Positions 60,308-64,000 of a DNA stretch of 64,000 nt are shown one piece after another. The notes under the pieces were generated by a model. The model made no database searches. It was not told the origin of the DNA and saw only the letters and a list, made by a program, of their open reading frames with translations. Position 1 is the stretch's first letter. Each line of letters begins with the position of its first letter. The DNA is from Ruminobacter sp. (GTDB lineage: Bacteria > Pseudomonadota > Gammaproteobacteria > Enterobacterales > Succinivibrionaceae): assembly GCF_017940385.1 (NCBI RefSeq), contig NZ_JAGAYS010000041.1; one strand, given 5' to 3'. A program made the translations under genes and the position numbers.

Positions 60308-61972
60308 TTAGGCAATGTTTCTGAACTTTCTGCGGTGCGGCTTAACTGCTTCTTCACCATAGGTCTTAACCTTCCATTCTTCGTATTCGGTAAAGTTGCC
60401 GTCGAAGAAAGTTATCTTTCCGTCATCCTGATAGTCCAGAATGTGGGTGGCTATACGGTCAAGGAACCATCTGTCGTGTGAAATTACCATTGCTGATCCC
60501 GGGAATTCAAGCAGGGCGTTTTCCAGGGCTCGCAGGGTTTCAACGTCCAGATCGTTGGTAGGTTCGTCGAGAAGCAGAAGGTTACCGCCTGCCTGTAAAA
60601 GCTTGGCAAGATGCAGTCTTCCTCTTTCACCGCCTGACAGGTCGCCGACACGCTTCTGCTGATCGGTACCCTTGAAGTTGAAGCGGCCGATGTAGGCACG
60701 GCTTGGGATTTCATAGTTGCCGATGCGGAGAATGTCCTGTCCCTGAGAGATTTCCTCGTAGACGGTCTTTTTGTTGTCCATGCTGTCACGGAACTGACCT
60801 ACGTCGGCCACAACCACGGTTTCACCGAGGGTGATGGTACCTGAGTCCGGCTTTTCGCTGCCGGTGATCATTCTGAACAGGGTGGACTTACCGGCACCGT
60901 TGGCACCGATGATACCGATAATGGCTCCCTTAGGTACGGTGAAGCTCAGATCATTGATGAGCGTTCTGCCTTCATAGCCCTTGGTGAGGTTTGTGACCTC
61001 AAGAACCTTGTCACCGAGTCTTGGTCCAGGCGGAATGAAAAGTTCATTGGTTTCGTTACGCTTCTGGTAGTCAACGCTGTTGAGTTCTTCAAAGCGAGCC
61101 AGACGGGCCTTGGATTTTGCGTGTCTGCCCTTAGGAGACTGTCTGACCCATTCAAGTTCTTTCTGAATGGACTTCTGACGGGCGTTTTCACTTGCCTGTT
61201 CATGGGCAAGACGGGCTTCCTTCTGTTCCAGCCATGAAGAATAGTTGCCTTCCCAAGGAATGCCTTCGCCGCGGTCAAGTTCCAGAATCCAACCGGCTAC
61301 GTTATCAAGGAAGTAACGGTCGTGGGTAATGGCTACCACGGTGCCTGAGTACTGGTTGAGGAAGTTTTCCAGCCATGCTACTGATTCGGCATCCAGATGG
61401 TTTGTAGGTTCGTCAAGAAGCAGCATGTCAGGATGTTCAAGAAGAAGGCGGCATAAGGCCACACGTCTTCTTTCACCACCTGAAAGAACCTTGATTTTGG
61501 CATCTGGATCAGGAAGTCTCAGTGCATCGGCAGCCTGTTCTATCTGGTTGTCAATGTTGTGTCCGTCACCGGCCTGAATAATTGCTTCAAGTTCAGCCTG
61601 TTCAGCCGCCAGAGCATCAAAGTCGGCATCAGGATCGGCATAGGCTGCATAAACTTCGTCAAGACGGGTAAGTGCTCTTTTTACGTCGCCGAGAGCTTCT
61701 TCTACTGTTTCTTTTACTGTTTTTTCAGGATCAAGCTGCGGTTCCTGTGGAAGATAGCCGATTTTAATTCCCGGCTGAGGACGGGCTTCACCTTCAATGT
61801 CGGTATCAATACCGGCCATGATTTTTAAAAGGGTTGATTTACCGGCACCGTTAAGACCCAGAACACCGATCTTGGCTCCTGGGAAAAACGATAGGGAAAT
61901 ATCTTTTAAAATGTGTCGCTTAGGCGGTACGATCTTGCCTACGCGGTTCATTGTATAGATGAATTGTGCCAT
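60308..61972 (-). CDS. ettA: Energy-dependent translational throttle protein EttA (ABC-F)
   Basis: MAQFIYTMNRVGKIVPPKRHILKDISLSFFPGAKIGVLGLNGAGKSTLL is essentially the E. coli EttA N-terminus. Two ABC cassettes are present (LSGGERRR and LSGGERGR). Confidence 0.96.
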   Translation of the reverse strand: MAQFIYTMNRVGKIVPPKRHILKDISLSFFPGAKIGVLGLNGAGKSTLLKIMAGIDTDIEGEARPQPGIKIGYLPQEPQLDPEKTVKETVEEALGDVKRALTRLDEVYAAYADPDADFDALAAEQAELEAIIQAGDGHNIDNQIEQAADALRLPDPDAKIKVLSGGERRRVALCRLLLEHPDMLLLDEPTNHLDAESVAWLENFLNQYSGTVVAITHDRYFLDNVAGWILELDRGEGIPWEGNYSSWLEQKEARLAHEQASENARQKSIQKELEWVRQSPKGRHAKSKARLARFEELNSVDYQKRNETNELFIPPGPRLGDKVLEVTNLTKGYEGRTLINDLSFTVPKGAIIGIIGANGAGKSTLFRMITGSEKPDSGTITLGETVVVADVGQFRDSMDNKKTVYEEISQGQDILRIGNYEIPSRAYIGRFNFKGTDQQKRVGDLSGGERGRLHLAKLLQAGGNLLLLDEPTNDLDVETLRALENALLEFPGSAMVISHDRWFLDRIATHILDYQDDGKITFFDGNFTEYEEWKVKTYGEEAVKPHRRKFRNIA

Positions 61973-62198
61973 ATTTTTCCTATGGGTTGGTTAATGAAAT
62001 TTTGAGCGTATTTTACCATAAAGAGCTCTTTTCCTCCATATCGTAAGAGTCTTATTGACATGCCTGACACGGTCAGATCACGGGGAGTTGAGCTGAAATG
62101 AGAATGATTGTGAATAACTGTCTTTTCGACGGATGATAAAGCGGACTGCATGTTTGTGCAGTTCGCTTTGAGAGATGGCGGTTGGATTATCTGAAAGG

Positions 62199-62981
62199 CT
62201 ACGGCACCATAAGAATTTCTTCGGAGAAAAGTACGGCCCTGCCCGCAATCTTTACCCTGTCGCCGCGGATTCCTGTGTACAGAATGCCGGTTCTTTTTGA
62301 GGCCTGAAAACAGGTTAATTCCTTTCTTCCGAAACGTGAGCACCAGTAGGGAGTAATCATGCAGTGGGTACTTCCGGTTACCGGATCTTCTGGAATATTC
62401 AGCTTTGGGGCAAAAACCCTGCTTACGCAGTCATATTCACTGCTGTCTGACGGAGCCGTGACGGCGGTCAGCAGTCCTTCAAGATGATTCAGCCTGTGGA
62501 GATCCGGATTAAGTTTCCTGACTGATTCGGCATCGGGAAGAACCAGGAGCAGGTCCCTGTCTATGTATGCTTCAAGAGGCCTGACGCCGAGAGCTTCCGT
62601 CATCTCGTCGGTTACGGGGATTTTTTTGAGGTTATATGCCGGGAAGTCCATTTCATAGACGTCGCCGTTACGTTTTACCGTAAGATCACCGACCTGTGAG
62701 GTGAATGTTACCGATGAACTGAATTTTTCCTGATAATTAAGAATGACAAATGAAGTGCCGAGAGTGGCATGACCGCAGAAATCAATTTCTCCGCCGGGAG
62801 TGAACCAGCGTAAATGGTATGAAGTGCCTTCCTTTACGGCAAATGCGGTTTCGGAAAAATTGTTCTCGGCTGCAATATTCTGCATCAGCGCATCATCGGG
62901 CCAGTCATTCATAACGCATACAGCGGCCTGATTGCCGCTGAACAGGTGGTCGGTAAATGCATCAACAACATACTGTTTCAT
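62199..62981 (-). CDS. PhzF-family isomerase/epimerase-like protein (YddE type)
   Basis: It begins MKQYVVDAFTDHLFSGNQAAVCV and contains NFSETAF and FCGHATLG, the family-typical blocks. The length is 260 aa. Confidence 0.8.
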   Translation of the reverse strand: MKQYVVDAFTDHLFSGNQAAVCVMNDWPDDALMQNIAAENNFSETAFAVKEGTSYHLRWFTPGGEIDFCGHATLGTSFVILNYQEKFSSSVTFTSQVGDLTVKRNGDVYEMDFPAYNLKKIPVTDEMTEALGVRPLEAYIDRDLLLVLPDAESVRKLNPDLHRLNHLEGLLTAVTAPSDSSEYDCVSRVFAPKLNIPEDPVTGSTHCMITPYWCSRFGRKELTCFQASKRTGILYTGIRGDRVKIAGRAVLFSEEILMVP

Positions 62982-63245
62982 GGTAATCTCCGTTCATGGA
63001 ACATTTAATTACAATATAAACGGAGTCCAGGCAGGCTTCAAGATTTATGCGTAAGTGTGCTTTCTCTTTGGTGAGCGGGCCTTCAAAATAAAGGCTTACC
63101 GCCGTGAGCCCCGGACAGAATGTGTTAACAGTCCTGACGCAGATACTGATTTAAACTGTTCGCATCTCTCTGAATACGGCGAACATGCGGACCGCATGGA
63201 AACAATAGGGATGATAATGGGAAAAGGCTGTGTCATAAAACACAA

Positions 63246-63280
63246 GTCCCTCTCTTAACCAACCTTAATAAGAGAGGGAC
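63246..63280 (-). terminator. Intrinsic terminator closing the small-peptide transcription unit (minus strand)
   Basis: A perfect 12-bp stem pairs gtccctctctta (63246..63257) with taagagagggac (63269..63280). On the minus strand TTGTGTTTTAT follows. Confidence 0.65.
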
Positions 63281-63293
63281 GTTTTCTGTTCGA

Positions 63294-63383
63294 TTAGATT
63301 TTTGGAGTTGGATTTCTTTTGCCTGAAGACTCACTCGGGAGTGGTATTTCAGGTCTTGAATTTGTTTTGTTCAGTGAAATCAT
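63294..63383 (-). CDS. 29-codon ORF downstream of the peptide array; it shares the array's ribosome-binding context
   Basis: ATG 63383..63381 is preceded by TTGAGGTATTTGCT, compared with AGAGGTATTTAAA before each array gene. The translation is MISLNKTNSRPEIPLPSESSGKRNPTPKI, with stop TAA 63296..63294. Confidence 0.3.
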   Translation of the reverse strand: MISLNKTNSRPEIPLPSESSGKRNPTPKI

Positions 63384-63418
63384 AGCAAATACCTCAATAT
63401 TAAATTCTTTAGATTAAT

Positions 63419-63468
63419 ACCGGGTGCTTATTTGCTGTGCTTTAGGAATTCTGTTTAAGCACGCCGGT
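63419..63468 (-). other. Long hairpin between the peptide array and the 29-codon ORF
   Basis: accgggtgctta (63419..63430) pairs with taagcacgccggt (63456..63468). That gives 12 bp with one bulged nucleotide and a ~25-nt loop. Confidence 0.5.
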
Positions 63469-63575
63469 ATTGCCTGTACAACATGTATGAACCATACATT
63501 AGCCCCGCGACTTATATTTCTGATTTTGGGTTTCTCGGGATTTTTGTTCAGGAATCTCAAACCTGATGGGTAGTC

Positions 63576-63656
63576 TTACTTAACGTAACTGAAGTGGTAT
63601 TCACGAGTTACGGGAGCGTAAGCGCTGCCTTCATTCTTCTTCATAAAGTATCTCAT
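63576..63656 (-). CDS. Small peptide gene, array copy 1 (26 aa)
   Basis: The ATG at 63656 is preceded by GAGAGGTATTTAAA. The translation is MRYFMKKNEGSAYAPVTREYHFSYVK, with stop TAA 63578..63576. Confidence 0.55.
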   Translation of the reverse strand: MRYFMKKNEGSAYAPVTREYHFSYVK

Positions 63657-63702
63657 TTTAAATACCTCTCTGGGTTAACAAAAACTTCCGGATTATTCTG
63701 AC

Positions 63703-63783
63703 TTACTTAACGTAACTGAAGTGATATTCACGAGTTACGGGAGCGTAAGCGCTGCCTTCATTCTTCTTCATAAAGTATCTCAT
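63703..63783 (-). CDS. Small peptide gene, array copy 2 (26 aa)
   Basis: It encodes the same peptide as copy 1 despite one third-position difference (TAC/TAT Tyr). It has the same SD context. Confidence 0.55.
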   Translation of the reverse strand: MRYFMKKNEGSAYAPVTREYHFSYVK

Positions 63784-63831
63784 TTTAAATACCTCTCTGC
63801 GTGTTAACAAAAACCGTCTGATGACCTGAGC

Positions 63832-63912
63832 TTACTTAACGTAATTGAAGTGATATTCACGGGTTACTGGAGCGTAAGCATTGTTTTCATTCTTCTTCAT
63901 AAAGTATCTCAT
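63832..63912 (-). CDS. Small peptide gene, array copy 3 (26 aa)
   Basis: The translation is MRYFMKKNENNAYAPVTREYHFNYVK. It differs from copy 1 by G10N, S11N and S23N plus three synonymous third-position changes. The SD is GTGAGGTATTAAAA. Confidence 0.55.
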   Translation of the reverse strand: MRYFMKKNENNAYAPVTREYHFNYVK

Positions 63913-63964
63913 TTTTAATACCTCACTGTAGGTTAACAAAAACTTCCGGTTGACTTATCTTACT

Positions 63965-64000
63965 TTACTTGACGTAGCTGAAGTAATATTCACGGGTTAC
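63965..64000 (-). CDS. Small peptide gene, array copy 4 (C-terminal 11 codons only; truncated by the window edge)
   Basis: It reads ...VTREYYFSYVK followed by TAA (63967..63965). It has H21Y plus synonymous changes relative to copy 1. Confidence 0.45.
   Translation of the reverse strand, partial: VTREYYFSYVK

Larger units (their letters stand above)
63576..64000 (-). repeat. Tandem array (periods 127, 129 and 133 bp) of peptide gene plus spacer units, open-ended at the window edge
   Basis: The stop codons fall at 63576, 63703, 63832 and 63965. The coding parts are nearly identical. The spacers diverge except for the RBS block and a conserved GTTTTTGTTAAC (minus strand). Confidence 0.9.

Noticed and set aside
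63055-63258. 67-aa plus-strand ORF between the phzF-family gene and the peptide unit
   Set aside because: It has no SD, and its 3' end overlaps the left arm of the minus-strand terminator hairpin (from 63246). The product has no recognisable features.
63576-64000. Could the regular tandem repeats at the right edge be a CRISPR array?
   Set aside because: The period is 127-133 bp. The conserved part (about 95 bp) is longer than the variable part and contains an intact SD plus a 26-codon ORF with synonymous variation. There is no alternation of 25-40-bp repeats and spacers, and no cas genes are visible.

Overview
This is a 64-kb chromosomal segment of a gammaproteobacterium, and most of it is conserved housekeeping backbone. 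Gene order mirrors the E. coli 56-58 min region: purM-hda-perM-bepA, then trmJ-iscS-pepB, then ndk-rlmN-(pilW)-rodZ-ispG-hisS-yfgM-bamB-der, then purL. Interspersed are cnoX, yejM, queA-tgt-yajC-secD-secF, nlpI, cobB, ychJ, codB, gdhA, ettA, a polar-amino-acid ABC transporter, and a colinear maltodextrin operon (malE-malE-malF-malG-malK) with a duplicated binding-protein gene. I found no rRNA, tRNA, CRISPR array, transposase or integrase.

The accessory or unusual content is as follows.
- **Tandem peptide genes (63576 to the right edge, minus strand).** At least four near-identical 26-codon genes sit here, invisible to the 60-aa ORF track. This is a candidate multi-copy precursor-peptide locus whose upstream partners lie outside the window.
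- **Giant secreted protein (28573..33816).** It has 1747 aa: a GH57/GH119-like catalytic module, six PKD-type repeats and a GlyGly-CTERM sorting tail.
- **Thiol/metal-type gene trio (33953..36619).** An HMA-like mini-protein, an atypical Fur-family regulator and a CoA-disulfide-reductase/rhodanese fusion occupy the slot where iscR would be.
- **Stripped isc locus.** iscS runs straight into pepB, with no iscU, iscA, hscBA or fdx.
- **Circularly permuted binding domain (18100..19626).** The substrate-binding domain fused to the ABC permease has its two halves in swapped order.
- **Candidate sRNA (about 19877..19958, minus).** A near-consensus promoter and an intrinsic terminator enclose about 80 nt with no ORF.
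- **Unannotated 46-codon basic ORF (55356..55496, minus).** It has its own Shine-Dalgarno (SD) sequence and terminator.

The gene content would fit a starch- or maltodextrin-fermenting anaerobe such as a Succinivibrionaceae-like organism, but that is only a guess. All calls rest on reading the sequence and remembered family motifs. No database search was possible.
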